This document shows positions 1-10,637 of a stretch of 32,000 nucleotides of DNA, piece after piece; within the stretch, counting starts at the first letter, position 1; each line of letters starts with the position of its first letter. Made by a program: the position numbers and the translations under genes. The notes beneath the pieces were generated by a model that had not been told where the DNA came from, made no database searches, and was given only the letters and a program-made list of their open reading frames with translations. The stretch comes from Blochmannia endosymbiont of Camponotus modoc (GTDB lineage Bacteria > Pseudomonadota > Gammaproteobacteria > Enterobacterales > Enterobacteriaceae). The DNA lies in NCBI RefSeq assembly GCF_023585785.1, contig NZ_CP097765.1, positions 180,001 through 212,000 on the forward strand, in the 5' to 3' direction.

Positions 1-1803
1 ATTACCTAAAGCCATCTCTATTCTTTCATGATAAATTTTTTTTACTCTAGAGTGCATAGCGACACTCGATGGAATATCATTGATACGATAGGCTAAATTT
101 TTTAAGTATTGGGTGTTTATTTTGTTAGAATGCAGAATGTTTTTATTTTTGTTTAAGCTATTTGTATGTAAAGAAGCGCGAATATGCACCGGTTTCCATT
201 TATTCAGAACACAACATTTTTTTTCTAATTTTTCACGATATGTATTAATCATTTGAGAAATTTCATTTTTCTTTATAATTCCATTTTTATTTAAAAAATC
301 AGAATAAATATTAAGTAATGTTGGATGATTACGAATTTTTTTATACATCAGAGGTTGAGTAACACTTGGTTCGTCAGCTTCATTGTGTCCGTGTCTACGA
401 TAACATACTAGATCAATTATTACATCACGTTTAAACACACTGCGAAAATTTAATGCGGAGCGAGTAACATAAACAACTGCATCTACATTATCTGCGTTAA
501 CATGGAATATAGGGGCTTGTATCATTTTTGCGATATCTGTACAATGTTGAGTAGAACGAATGTCGTGGATATTTGATGTTGTAAATCCTACTTGATTATT
601 AATAATAATATGTACTGTGCCTCCTACATCATAAGCACGAGTTTTAGACATGTTAAAAGTTTCTTGAACGATGCCTTGAGCACTAATTGCTGCGTCTCCA
701 TGTATTGTAATTGGGAGCACGATATTGCATTTTTTTTCGTCATGATGAATCGATTCTTTAAGCAACTGATCAATCCGCGCTCGAGTACATCCCATGACTA
801 CTGGGCTAACAATTTCTAGATGAGAAGGGTTACATAATAGAGATAAATGTATGATCTCTCCATTAACTGTAACATCTGAATAAAATCCTTGATGATATTT
901 CACGTCGCCACTACTGCAAGTAGCATGGTGTTTATTGGAAAATTCATCAAATAAATCTTGAGGATTTTTACCTAAAATATTAATCAATACATTTAGACGA
1001 CCACGGTGAGCCATACCTAAAAATATTTCTTTAATATTATGATGACAAGCAGAGTAACGTATAATTTCTTTTAGCATAGGGATTAAAACATCACCCCCTT
1101 CTAATGAAAATCTTTTAACTCCTGGAAATTTTATTCCTAAATAACGCTCTATTCCTTCTGCCGAAACAATTTCTTGCAGAAATTGTTTTTTCTCTTCACC
1201 ATGAAAGTTCAGCATTCCTACTGTGGATTCAAAATGATTTTGAATCCACAGTATTATATTTATATCAAGAATATGCATATACTCAATGCCTATAGGACCA
1301 CAATAAGTTTTTTTAAGAAATTCATATATTTCTAACAAGGTCATTGATTCTTTGTTGATTCCAAAATGGGTTATATCAAATTTTCTTTGAAGATTTTTTA
1401 AAACGAAATTATAACTCTCTAAGTCTAAAAGATAATTTTTGTATTCACTGTTCCGTAATTGTAAAGGATCCAATGCGGCGCATTGGTGTCCATATATTCT
1501 GAAAGAATTTATTAATTGTAATATTTGTATATAAGTAATATTGCTACAATTATTAGCTTGTGCATGTGAATCATGAGATGCAATGTTGTATTGTAATTTA
1601 GAACACGTGTTATTTTTTAAATTATCAGAATATTGATCGTTATAATTGTTTTCAACAGATAATTGTTTAAACACTTCAATCCAACTAGAATCGATGGAAT
1701 TGGGATTTTTTAAAAAATCCTTATAAATTTGTTCTATATAAGATTGATTATTTTTTGATAAATAAGAAGAATTTAACCAATTTTTCAGTGTGTCACTATA
1801 CAT
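1..1803 (-). CDS. sucA: 2-oxoglutarate dehydrogenase E1 component, N-terminal ~600 codons (gene runs off the left edge)
   Basis: Minus-strand ATG at 1803; N-terminus MYSDTLKNWLNSSYLSKNNQS matches E. coli SucA MQNSALKAWLDSSYLSGANQS. The same frame at the left edge gives IPSSVAMHSRVKKIYHERIEMALGN, matching the SucA VPSSVEMQPRVAKIYEDRRKMAAGE region. Absent from the ORF track because it is truncated by the window. Located next to sdhB as in E. coli. Confidence 0.95.
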   Translation of the reverse strand, partial: MYSDTLKNWLNSSYLSKNNQSYIEQIYKDFLKNPNSIDSSWIEVFKQLSVENNYNDQYSDNLKNNTCSKLQYNIASHDSHAQANNCSNITYIQILQLINSFRIYGHQCAALDPLQLRNSEYKNYLLDLESYNFVLKNLQRKFDITHFGINKESMTLLEIYEFLKKTYCGPIGIEYMHILDINIILWIQNHFESTVGMLNFHGEEKKQFLQEIVSAEGIERYLGIKFPGVKRFSLEGGDVLIPMLKEIIRYSACHHNIKEIFLGMAHRGRLNVLINILGKNPQDLFDEFSNKHHATCSSGDVKYHQGFYSDVTVNGEIIHLSLLCNPSHLEIVSPVVMGCTRARIDQLLKESIHHDEKKCNIVLPITIHGDAAISAQGIVQETFNMSKTRAYDVGGTVHIIINNQVGFTTSNIHDIRSTQHCTDIAKMIQAPIFHVNADNVDAVVYVTRSALNFRSVFKRDVIIDLVCYRRHGHNEADEPSVTQPLMYKKIRNHPTLLNIYSDFLNKNGIIKKNEISQMINTYREKLEKKCCVLNKWKPVHIRASLHTNSLNKNKNILHSNKINTQYLKNLAYRINDIPSSVAMHSRVKKIYHERIEMALGN

Positions 1804-2007
1804 TCTAAAATCCTTGTATTTTATTACATTTATTTTTTAAAATACTCGACATTAAGTAATTAGTTTAATAAAGTATTTGCTATATTATAAGTAATTGGTT
1901 TTCAATGTTATTAGCTACTGTAATCATGCATAGATATATATTTCATTTTATTTGGATTGTTATTTGTACATTATGTTAAATTGTGCTTTATAATTATTGT
2001 TGTTCTC

Positions 2008-2754
2008 TTAAATGTTATGTATGCCAATTAAATTTTTTGCTAATATTCTTTTAATATGGCCTATAGCTTTGGCTGGATTTAATTTTTTAGGACATACACT
2101 AACGCAATTCATAATGTTATGACAACGAAAAACACTAAAAGAATCTTTTAAGAGTTCCAATCGTTCTTGATCATTAGTATCACGGCTATCCATTAAAAAG
2201 CGATATAAAGCCAATAATCCAGCAGGACCAATAAATTTATCTGGATTCCACCAAAAAGAGGGGCAAGCACTAGAACAACATGCACATAATATGCATTCAT
2301 AAGATCCATCTAATTTAGAGCGTTCTTCTGGAGATTGTAAATATTCATGAAGAAATTGAGGTTGTTGATTGGAACGGTCATGTATTAAAAACGGCTGTAC
2401 TCTTTCATATTGAAGAAAGAATTGACTCATATCCACTACTAAATCACGAATTATTGGAAATCCAGATAATGGACGTACTACAATTGCATTCTGATGATGA
2501 CTATCATATAATTGCTTTAATGAAGTAATGCATGCCAGATTGTTTATGCCATTTATATTCATACCATCAGAACCACATACCCCTTCTCTGCAAGAACGAC
2601 GAAATGTTAAAGTTGGATCTTGTTCTTTCAATTTGATTAAGGCATCTAATAATGTCATATTTTTTGTATGTGATAAATTAAGTGTATAATTTTTCATGCA
2701 GGCATTTTTACTGATTTCAGGATGATAGCGGTAAATGGAAAATTTAATTTGCAT
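2008..2754 (-). CDS. sdhB: Succinate dehydrogenase iron-sulfur subunit
   Basis: CREGVCGSDGMNINGINNLACIT and CILCACCSSACPSFWW Fe-S motifs. The ORF track extends to 2781, but MQIKFSIYRY at 2754 aligns with E. coli MRLEFSIYRY and has a GGAG ribosome-binding site just upstream, so 2754 is the preferred start. Confidence 0.95.
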   Translation of the reverse strand: MQIKFSIYRYHPEISKNACMKNYTLNLSHTKNMTLLDALIKLKEQDPTLTFRRSCREGVCGSDGMNINGINNLACITSLKQLYDSHHQNAIVVRPLSGFPIIRDLVVDMSQFFLQYERVQPFLIHDRSNQQPQFLHEYLQSPEERSKLDGSYECILCACCSSACPSFWWNPDKFIGPAGLLALYRFLMDSRDTNDQERLELLKDSFSVFRCHNIMNCVSVCPKKLNPAKAIGHIKRILAKNLIGIHNI

Positions 2755-2770
2755 ATTTAAACTCCATTTT

Positions 2771-4549
2771 TTAATAAACACGAGTTTTCGGAGGAAAAGG
2801 AGAACGAAATTTTGGTTGCATATTTACATTACGACGAATCATAATATCATTTTTTGGTAAATATAACGTATGGCACAACCAATTTTTATCATCACGCGTG
2901 GGAAAATCATAACGACTATGAGCTCCTCTGCTTTCGGTTCTAAAAATAGCAGCCATAGCAGTTACATAAGCAGTTTCTAATAAATTATCTAATTCTAAAC
3001 ATTCAACACGTTGTGTGTTGAATGTATAAGATTTATCTGATAGAATCGCGCAGTTCAATCGGTTACGTATTTCTTTTAGTTCTTGCAATCCTTTTAGCAT
3101 TTTTTGCTCTTCTCTGAAAACAGAGAAATTGTTTTGCATACATGACTGCAAATCTTGGCGTATTGTTACTGGATTTTCTGTTGCACCCGATTTATTGTTA
3201 TTCCAGCGAATATAACGAGCTAATGATCGTTCTATATCAGAATCAGTAGGCCCACGCGCCGGCCATTCTTCTTCTGACAAATATGCTTGTATATATGTTC
3301 CTGTAGCATGCCCAAATACGATTAAATCTAATAAAGAATTTCCACCCAGTCGATTAGCCCCGTGTACTGATACACAAGCGGTTTCTCCAACTGCAAATAA
3401 ACCTGGTACTATCGTATCTGTACCTGCATTGTTTACAGTAATTACTTCTCCACGCACCGTTGTAGGAATACCACCCATCATATAATGACAGGTAGGAAAT
3501 ACTGGAATTAATTCTTTGACGGGATCTATATAAGAAAAAGTACGCACTAATTCTAAGATACCAGGTAATCGTAATTCCAATAATTCTTTTCCCAAATGAT
3601 CTATTTTTAATTTAACATGAGGACCACATGGACCCGAATAACCTCGACCTTCTTGAATTTCCAACATAATTGCTCGAGCTACCACATCACGTCCGGCTAA
3701 ATCTTTTACATTAGGAGCATAACGCTCCATAAATCTTTCTCCTGCAATATTTAAAAGATATCCTCCTTCACCACGACATCCTTCACTTACTAAGATCCCG
3801 ACACCAGCTATTCCGGTGGGATGAAATTGCCACATTTCCATATCTTGAGCAGGTATTCCTGCTCGCAACACCATGCCAATTCCATCCCCTGTGTTGATAT
3901 GGGCATTAGTGGTAGATTGATAAATGCGTCCTCCTCCTCCAGTTGCAAGTACTGTAGCACGTGCTTTAAAATATGCTAATTCTCCTGTTTCAATAGAAAA
4001 AGCAACACAACCAAGTATTCTTCCATCTTGATTTTTTACTAAATCTAATGCGTACCATTCTGAAAATATGGTTGTTTTGTTCTTCAAGTTTTGTTGATAC
4101 AAGGTATGCAATAGTGCATGTCCGGTACGATCAGCAGCTGCGGCAGTACGTGCTGCTTGTTTTTTTCCATAATATAAAGTTTGTCCTCCAAATGGACGTT
4201 GGTAAATACGACCATTTTTTAGTCTAGAAAATGGTAACCCCATATGTTCTAATTCCAGAACCGCTTTAGGTCCTGTTTTGCACATATATTCAATAGCATT
4301 TTGGTCTCCTATGTAATCAGATCCTTTTACAGTATCATACATGTGCCACTGCCAATCATCTTCGTGATTATTACCGAGAGCAACCGTAATCCCTCCTTGA
4401 GCAGATACTGTATGTGAACGTGTAGGAAAGACTTTAGATATTAAGGCGCAAGAAAATCCCATTTTAGAAACTTGTAATGCAACGCGCATACCCGCGCCGC
4501 CAGCTCCTATAACAATAGAAAAAAATTCTTTAACTGGTATCTGATGCAT
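2771..4549 (-). CDS. sdhA: Succinate dehydrogenase flavoprotein subunit
   Basis: 592 aa; [13 protein letters not shown] motif, [12 protein letters not shown] flavinylation motif, QFHPTG and GGIPTT motifs; sdh operon context. Confidence 0.97.
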   Translation of the reverse strand: MHQIPVKEFFSIVIGAGGAGMRVALQVSKMGFSCALISKVFPTRSHTVSAQGGITVALGNNHEDDWQWHMYDTVKGSDYIGDQNAIEYMCKTGPKAVLELEHMGLPFSRLKNGRIYQRPFGGQTLYYGKKQAARTAAAADRTGHALLHTLYQQNLKNKTTIFSEWYALDLVKNQDGRILGCVAFSIETGELAYFKARATVLATGGGGRIYQSTTNAHINTGDGIGMVLRAGIPAQDMEMWQFHPTGIAGVGILVSEGCRGEGGYLLNIAGERFMERYAPNVKDLAGRDVVARAIMLEIQEGRGYSGPCGPHVKLKIDHLGKELLELRLPGILELVRTFSYIDPVKELIPVFPTCHYMMGGIPTTVRGEVITVNNAGTDTIVPGLFAVGETACVSVHGANRLGGNSLLDLIVFGHATGTYIQAYLSEEEWPARGPTDSDIERSLARYIRWNNNKSGATENPVTIRQDLQSCMQNNFSVFREEQKMLKGLQELKEIRNRLNCAILSDKSYTFNTQRVECLELDNLLETAYVTAMAAIFRTESRGAHSRYDFPTRDDKNWLCHTLYLPKNDIMIRRNVNMQPKFRSPFPPKTRVY

Positions 4550-4897
4550 CTACACACTCCAAATGATAATCATCCCAAAAAATAAGTATATGAACAATAT
4601 AGAACCGGTTATCCACACTCCTAACTGCCTTAATATAGGTAAGTTTATGTAATCTTCTAGTATGTGGCGCATGCCAATCCAAGCATGACTTAGGGCAGAT
4701 AATAAAACCATGATACTAAATATTTTAGTGGTGTTTTTGCTAAAAAAATCGTACCACCTATCATAAGATAGGTGGTTAGAAGAAATAATAAAAATAGAAA
4801 TATACACAATGTATAGCAACATCCAGACGGCTGAAATTCGTACTAGCAACCATTCGTACACTCCGTGATATTTCAAGATCGATTTAATGGATACCAT
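4550..4897 (-). CDS. sdhD: Succinate dehydrogenase membrane anchor subunit SdhD
   Basis: 115 aa, same length as E. coli SdhD; starts MVS..GVYEWLLVR; HAWIGM motif and three hydrophobic segments. The stop codon directly abuts the sdhA ATG. Confidence 0.93.
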   Translation of the reverse strand: MVSIKSILKYHGVYEWLLVRISAVWMLLYIVYISIFIISSNHLSYDRWYDFFSKNTTKIFSIMVLLSALSHAWIGMRHILEDYINLPILRQLGVWITGSILFIYLFFGMIIIWSV

Positions 4898-5280
4898 ATC
4901 AAAATTCCAATGAAAATAGATAACAAAATGGTTAATACAAATATAACTTTTGCACTAATTTTTCCTATTAGTAACGTTTGATTTAAACATCCGAAATCCA
5001 TTAATATTTGACGGATACCAGCAACTATATGATAACTCAGTAAGATCGTAACTATCCAAAATACAAACTGAAAAATATAATGATTCATTAATAGAAACCG
5101 ATGAATTTTACAAAATTCATTATTAGAAGATAAGGATAATTTTAACATCCAAAGAATTGGACCAATTGTTATGAATAACAGAATTCCGGAGATTCTGTGC
5201 AAAATAGAAGCAATAGCAGTAATGGGAAATCGTATAGTTCTGATATTTAAATATATTGGTCTTTGATTTTTTTTTATCAT
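4873..5280 (-). CDS. sdhC: Succinate dehydrogenase cytochrome b556 subunit SdhC
   Basis: QRPIYLNIRTIRFPITAIASILHRISG matches the SdhC signature. The ORF track begins at 5322, but the ATG at 5280 (MIKKNQRP) aligns with E. coli MIRNVKKQRP and has an AAGAG-like RBS. Confidence 0.93.
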   Translation of the reverse strand: MIKKNQRPIYLNIRTIRFPITAIASILHRISGILLFITIGPILWMLKLSLSSNNEFCKIHRFLLMNHYIFQFVFWIVTILLSYHIVAGIRQILMDFGCLNQTLLIGKISAKVIFVLTILLSIFIGILIWYPLNRS

Positions 5281-6715
5281 ATAAACACTCTTAAATATTA
5301 ATAGTAAAACATATGCTTGCAAGCAAAAGACTGATACATCCTGAAAACATCATAAACTAAAAGATAATATATGATATAAAGATGGATTATTATTATGGTT
5401 TTATCTTATAAATACAATTATTTTCAAATATATATATTATCTTTTGTTTTGATACCTCTAAATTACGTTAATCGATCCAATACTATAACAAATGATTAGA
5501 TTAGGCATAATATCACATCTTGTATATTATTAACAATTTAATAATATTAAAAAATTTAGAATTGAATTTAGTTTTTAATTGTCAAAAAAAAGGGTATATA
5601 TGCAATAATAAAATGAAGTAGATCATAAATTTTTTTATCCTGATCAAAAAAATAATTATAAAAATAATAGAATTTAAATGTGGTAATACTTTAATAGAAT
5701 ATTGAGTTTAGTGTTTAATATCTTTTATGGCACCCTAAAGTTGAACAAAAAATTTATATACTAAATATTTATTAGTTGCATTAGATATTATTATTCTGGA
5801 AGAATTTACCGATAATCACCATATGATCAAAGGCATAGCGTTTAGATAATAAGAATGCTGTATTTTAACAATTATTTTTTTTCAGAAATTACACTTCTTT
5901 AGTCTTATTCAAGATTAATTCATTTTATTTAATAAAAGATAAATAAGTAAGAAAGTATGGATATATTATTTGTGATGCTGATGTTATATGTTATTTTTTT
6001 TCGGATCTAAAAACTCATTTTTTACAATAAAAATGATTGTTGAAATAGCAGCATCTCATTGCGTTAATAGTATTGATATTTTTACTTTTAAATAATGTGC
6101 TGTGTTGCAAAATAAAAAATATTAAAATACAACATAAGTTGTTTTTGTGCTGAGTTTAGTATGTATAGTCTTTGGTTTTTATGAATGCATTATTTATGTA
6201 ATTAATTTTAACATTAGCAACGAATCTACATTCTACATCTACACATATTTTAACATAATTATAAAGAGTTTATTATGTAATTTTATAAAATATATAATCG
6301 ATTTCTCAGGTAATGATTTAGATCATATATGTGATCCTTTCGACACAAGACCATTAAATCTATTTATATATACAAAATATTGTTGATACAACGTATGTAT
6401 ATGGATATCTAAAAATAGTAGTAATTATACTATACCATTATATGTGAGGATGAATTGGATAGTCACACACTCAAATCATGTGTTCATGTTTTTTTACGCA
6501 TCAAATATATCGAAAGTAATAGTCAGATCATATATTTAATACAAAATCGTTAAAACAACTATCATATTACAATACATTTTTCAGATGATCCACATTGTAT
6601 TGAATACAGTATTAATTTAAAATGCATAACTTTATCTAAGAATTGTTTCAAAAAACATGATGGTCGAATGCCTATATTTATGGTGATTTATTTTATAATA
6701 AGGAATGATAAACAT

Positions 6716-6757
6716 AAAAAATGTGTTCATTATTTTTGCAGAAAAATAATGAACACA
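6716..6757 (-). terminator. Rho-independent-type terminator candidate downstream of pgm
   Basis: Perfect 16-bp inverted repeat TGTGTTCATTATTTTT (6722-6737) / AAAAATAATGAACACA (6742-6757) with a 4-nt loop; read on the minus strand it is followed by TTTTTT (6721-6716). It lies about 200 nt past the pgm stop codon. Confidence 0.6.
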
Positions 6758-6954
6758 AATTTTACCTTAAAATCCTAAGTGTTCATAGTAATAACATGCA
6801 TTACATACATCCTATATATAATGCAGATATAATTTTTTTATTTATATCTATTTCATATTATTGTTTATAAGGTATTGTTATTTAACAATAAAGACTAATA
6901 ATCTATAATTATGTAATACTACTGTATTCAATTTATTATCGTGTATCTTTTACA

Positions 6955-8613
6955 TTAAGATTGATTGATGATATTATCGATGATACTTATTATGTCTTTT
7001 TCAATCTTTTTTCTATGAGAAACACTTAAAAAGCTTTCACAATAAATTTTGTATACTGATTCAGTGCCTGATAATCGACACGCTGCCCAACCATTGGGGG
7101 TGATGATTTTTATACTATCCATGGATATTTGATCTTTTAATGAACCCGTATTTATGATCTTAGTAATAGGATCATCTGCTAATTCTGTCATATTAATCTG
7201 ATTAAATAATGTGTTGGAGATGATGGATTTTTGTGTGTAATTAATAGGTAATTGAATACGATTATAATTAGATATACTAAAATTTTGAACCAATTGATCA
7301 TAATACTTTTGTAAAGATTTGTCACTAATAGCAATTATTTCAGCCGCTAATAGACACATAATTAGCCCATCTTTATCAGTGGACCATGGAGAGCAATAAA
7401 AATCTAAGAAAGATGCTCCTGCGCTTTCCTCACCTACAAAACCGAATAAGCTATTAAATAATCCTCGTACAAACCATTTAAAACCTACTGGTACTTCTAT
7501 CAATTGACGAGAGAGATCGTATGCTACATGATTCATCATAATACTAGATACATACGTTTTTCCTATGAATAGTGAACGATTACGCCACAATGGACGATTG
7601 TTAAAAAGGTAATGTGCTGCAATAATAAGGTAATGATTAGGTTTTATTAAACCAAGAGGAGTAATAATTCCATGTCTATCACAATCTGGGTCATTAACTA
7701 AAAGCAAATCAAAATTATCATGTGATTTTAATACTCCAGCCATTGCGAATTCAGAAGAGCAATCTAATCGAATACAACCATCATAATCAAGATGTATAAA
7801 ACCAAATGTTTTATCAATTTTTTCACTGATTAAATTTAAATCTAATTGATAAAATTGGGCAATGTTTTGCCAATAATCTATACTGGACCCACTTAAGGGA
7901 TGTACTCCCAGTTTCAAACCGGATGTTTTTATGGCTTGCATATCAATTATTGTAGATAGTTTTTTTACGTAATTTTGAATGAAATCTTGTGTGTGTATAT
8001 AACCGCTTTTCCAAGCGTTTTTTAACGTCATACGGTGCACATATTGTAAATTATTCACTAAAAATTTATTAGCGATTTGTTCAATTGTGCGAGTTATATT
8101 AGTAGGAGCTGGTCCTCCATATATTGAATTATATTTTATACCGCCATCTTCAGGTGGATTATGAGAAGATGTGATGATGATACCGTCAGCTTTTTTTGAA
8201 TGATTATTGTGATGATTTTTATTATATTGAGTGATAGCATGAGAAATAACAGGGGTTGGAGTATAGCCGTTGTTTTTTTGAACAATAACATCGACAAAAT
8301 TAGCCGCTAATACTTCAAGTACGGACATAAACGCTGGTTCAGAAAGAACGTGCGTATCTTTTCCAATGTAACATGGCCCAGTTATACCTTGTTGTGCGCG
8401 TACTTGTACAATCGATTGACTAATTGCTAATACGTGTGCTTCATTAAAACTGTATCTCTGAGAACTACCACGATGGCCTGAAGTACCAAATACAACATTA
8501 TGAGCGCCATTACTTGGATCGGGAGATAAATTATAATATTGTGTTATTAATCGAGATGTATTAATAACTTCATTATGTGACGCTAGTTGTCCAGAATGGA
8601 TATGATTCTTCAT
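6955..8613 (-). CDS. pgm: Phosphoglucomutase
   Basis: 552 aa; FGTSGHRG, IIITSSHNPPEDGGIKYN and DPDCDRHG motifs; located next to ybfF as in E. coli (seqA missing). Confidence 0.95.
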   Translation of the reverse strand: MKNHIHSGQLASHNEVINTSRLITQYYNLSPDPSNGAHNVVFGTSGHRGSSQRYSFNEAHVLAISQSIVQVRAQQGITGPCYIGKDTHVLSEPAFMSVLEVLAANFVDVIVQKNNGYTPTPVISHAITQYNKNHHNNHSKKADGIIITSSHNPPEDGGIKYNSIYGGPAPTNITRTIEQIANKFLVNNLQYVHRMTLKNAWKSGYIHTQDFIQNYVKKLSTIIDMQAIKTSGLKLGVHPLSGSSIDYWQNIAQFYQLDLNLISEKIDKTFGFIHLDYDGCIRLDCSSEFAMAGVLKSHDNFDLLLVNDPDCDRHGIITPLGLIKPNHYLIIAAHYLFNNRPLWRNRSLFIGKTYVSSIMMNHVAYDLSRQLIEVPVGFKWFVRGLFNSLFGFVGEESAGASFLDFYCSPWSTDKDGLIMCLLAAEIIAISDKSLQKYYDQLVQNFSISNYNRIQLPINYTQKSIISNTLFNQINMTELADDPITKIINTGSLKDQISMDSIKIITPNGWAACRLSGTESVYKIYCESFLSVSHRKKIEKDIISIIDNIINQS

Positions 8614-8939
8614 TCGAAAATCCCCTAAATTGATTATTTTATGAAATTTTAAAAAATATTATGATATCATTCTCGTAGAGTCTACCGGGGTATTGAAATT
8701 TGTGGCGTTAATATATAAAGAAATATTAGAACATCGTTTTGATGACCACGTTAGATTTAATTTTTAAAAACACTAATAATTCATAGGTATGCATTAGCAG
8801 TCTTTAAGGGTTACTCAGAAATAACAGCTATGTTTATTAAGTAAGTATTCTTATATACAACTTACTAAATACATAAAAATATTATTTAGATCGTGATAAA
8901 CAATATCTCAGTGTTATTTTTAATAAGTAATTATATTAT

Positions 8940-9704
8940 ATGCAGCTTAATTATCGATTACGAATGCTTAAAACTGTATGCCAAAGAACACCAGTCATAA
9001 TACTCCATGGACTTTTCGGTGATCTTAGTAATCTTGGGATTATTGTAAAAAGCATAGCTCGATATTGTTGTGTCGTGCAAGTTGACTTACGCAATCATGG
9101 TCGTTCTCCTCATGAACGATCTATGAATTATTCGGTAATGGCACAAGATATCTTAGACTTGCTGGATCATTTACTAATAAACAAATGCATAGTTATTGGT
9201 CATTCAATGGGCGGTAAAGTTGCTATGACACTATGTATGTTGGCCCCTCAACGTATAAGCAAAATCGTGGTTATTGATATAGCTCCAATAAAATATAATG
9301 TACATAATCATGATAATATTTTTCATGCAATTGAATGTGTTAATATATCTGGAGTAAAAAATAGAAACGAAGCTGCGAATCTTATGCAACAGTGTTGTAT
9401 CGACCAAACATTAATATTTTTTTTATTAAAATCGTTCCATCAAGGATCTTGGGTTTTTAATTTTTCGTCTATTAGAAATAATTATATTCATATCAGTGGT
9501 TGGAACACATACCAAACTTGGTGGGGTCCGGCATTGTTTATTAGGGGCGCATTATCTTCGTATTTTGATGATCGTTACTTGCACGATATTTACCATCAAT
9601 TTCCGCAGGCGCGCATTTGCATGATACCTAATGCAGGGCATTGGGTGCATTGGGATAATGCTGCATATGTATTAAGTAAGATTAATGAATTTATTATCCA
9701 TTAA
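8940..9704 (+). CDS. ybfF: Alpha/beta hydrolase (esterase) YbfF
   Basis: 254 aa; LHGLFG, nucleophile elbow GHSMGGKVAM and NAGHWVHWD catalytic His region; synteny with pgm and fldA. Confidence 0.92.
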   Translation: MQLNYRLRMLKTVCQRTPVIILHGLFGDLSNLGIIVKSIARYCCVVQVDLRNHGRSPHERSMNYSVMAQDILDLLDHLLINKCIVIGHSMGGKVAMTLCMLAPQRISKIVVIDIAPIKYNVHNHDNIFHAIECVNISGVKNRNEAANLMQQCCIDQTLIFFLLKSFHQGSWVFNFSSIRNNYIHISGWNTYQTWWGPALFIRGALSSYFDDRYLHDIYHQFPQARICMIPNAGHWVHWDNAAYVLSKINEFIIH

Positions 9705-9923
9705 TTTTTCAATATATATATTTTATTTGATATTTTTGTAAAATTTATGTATTTGTGAACAAATAATATTAATGATTAATTAAAATTGATTAGCCATGAT
9801 AATACAGGTATTATGAACGTTGTGATTGCGTCGACACTTTGATGTGATATTGCGAAGCTGGATGCATTTTGATTGATAATAAAAATACAATTTATGTTAT
9901 GTAACATATAGGGTTAGAATACT

Positions 9924-10451
9924 ATGAAATCAGCGTTAGTAGGTATTTTTTTTAGTAGTGATACAGGTAATACTGAAAAACTTGCTAAAATGATTCAAGC
10001 ACAGTTAGGAAAGGATATCGCAGATGTTTTTGATATAGCTATGAGCTCTAAAGAAGATATAGAAAATTATGATAATGTACTATTTGGAATTCCTACTTGG
10101 TATTATGGAGAACCCCAATGTGATTGGGATATTTTTTTACCTGTACTAAGAAATATTGATTTTTCTGGAAAAAAAGTAGCAATTTTTGGATGTGGAGATC
10201 AAGAAGATTATTCAGAATATTTTTGTGATGCAATGAGCATTTTATACGATATTATTTTGAAAAACGGAGCTGTTGTTACAGGATTATGGCCTGCGTCTGG
10301 TTATCATTTCGATACTTCAAAAAGTTTAATTGATACGGATAAGTTTGTGGGATTAGCTATTGATGAAGATCGCCAACCTGAAATGACTGAAATTCGTGTA
10401 CAACATTGGGTGAATCAAATTCGGAATGAGATGAATATTAACAACAAATAA
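9924..10451 (+). CDS. fldA: Flavodoxin 1
   Basis: 175 aa; FMN phosphate loop SSDTGNTEKLAK, PTWYYGEPQCDWD and FGCGDQEDYSEYFCDAM motifs. Confidence 0.95.
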   Translation: MKSALVGIFFSSDTGNTEKLAKMIQAQLGKDIADVFDIAMSSKEDIENYDNVLFGIPTWYYGEPQCDWDIFLPVLRNIDFSGKKVAIFGCGDQEDYSEYFCDAMSILYDIILKNGAVVTGLWPASGYHFDTSKSLIDTDKFVGLAIDEDRQPEMTEIRVQHWVNQIRNEMNINNK

Positions 10452-10637
10452 AATAATTATATTAATAACTGTACTGTACATACTATTAGGATTATTACGA
10501 ACTATCTTTGAGCATCATATATACGGGGTATGGTTAGTTTTATATAAGCGCGCTGTTATTATGTTTGTAGTATAGTTTATAGTTAATCAATAGAAAGATT
10601 AACCAAGTATAATTATGTAACAATTAAATGTATTTCT

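Noticed and set aside
592-819. 75-aa plus-strand ORF
   Set aside because: Antisense inside sucA; low-complexity composition, no recognisable domain.
4609-4617. Perfect DnaA-box consensus TTATCCACA
   Set aside because: Single copy inside sdhD coding sequence; a 9-mer match is plausible by chance in 32 kb and there is no cluster or origin-like context.
6147-6386. 79-aa plus-strand ORF in the sdhC-pgm gap
   Set aside because: Composition typical of translated AT-rich spacer (Ile/Tyr/Asn/Phe), no clear RBS or motif; chance ORFs of this size are expected.
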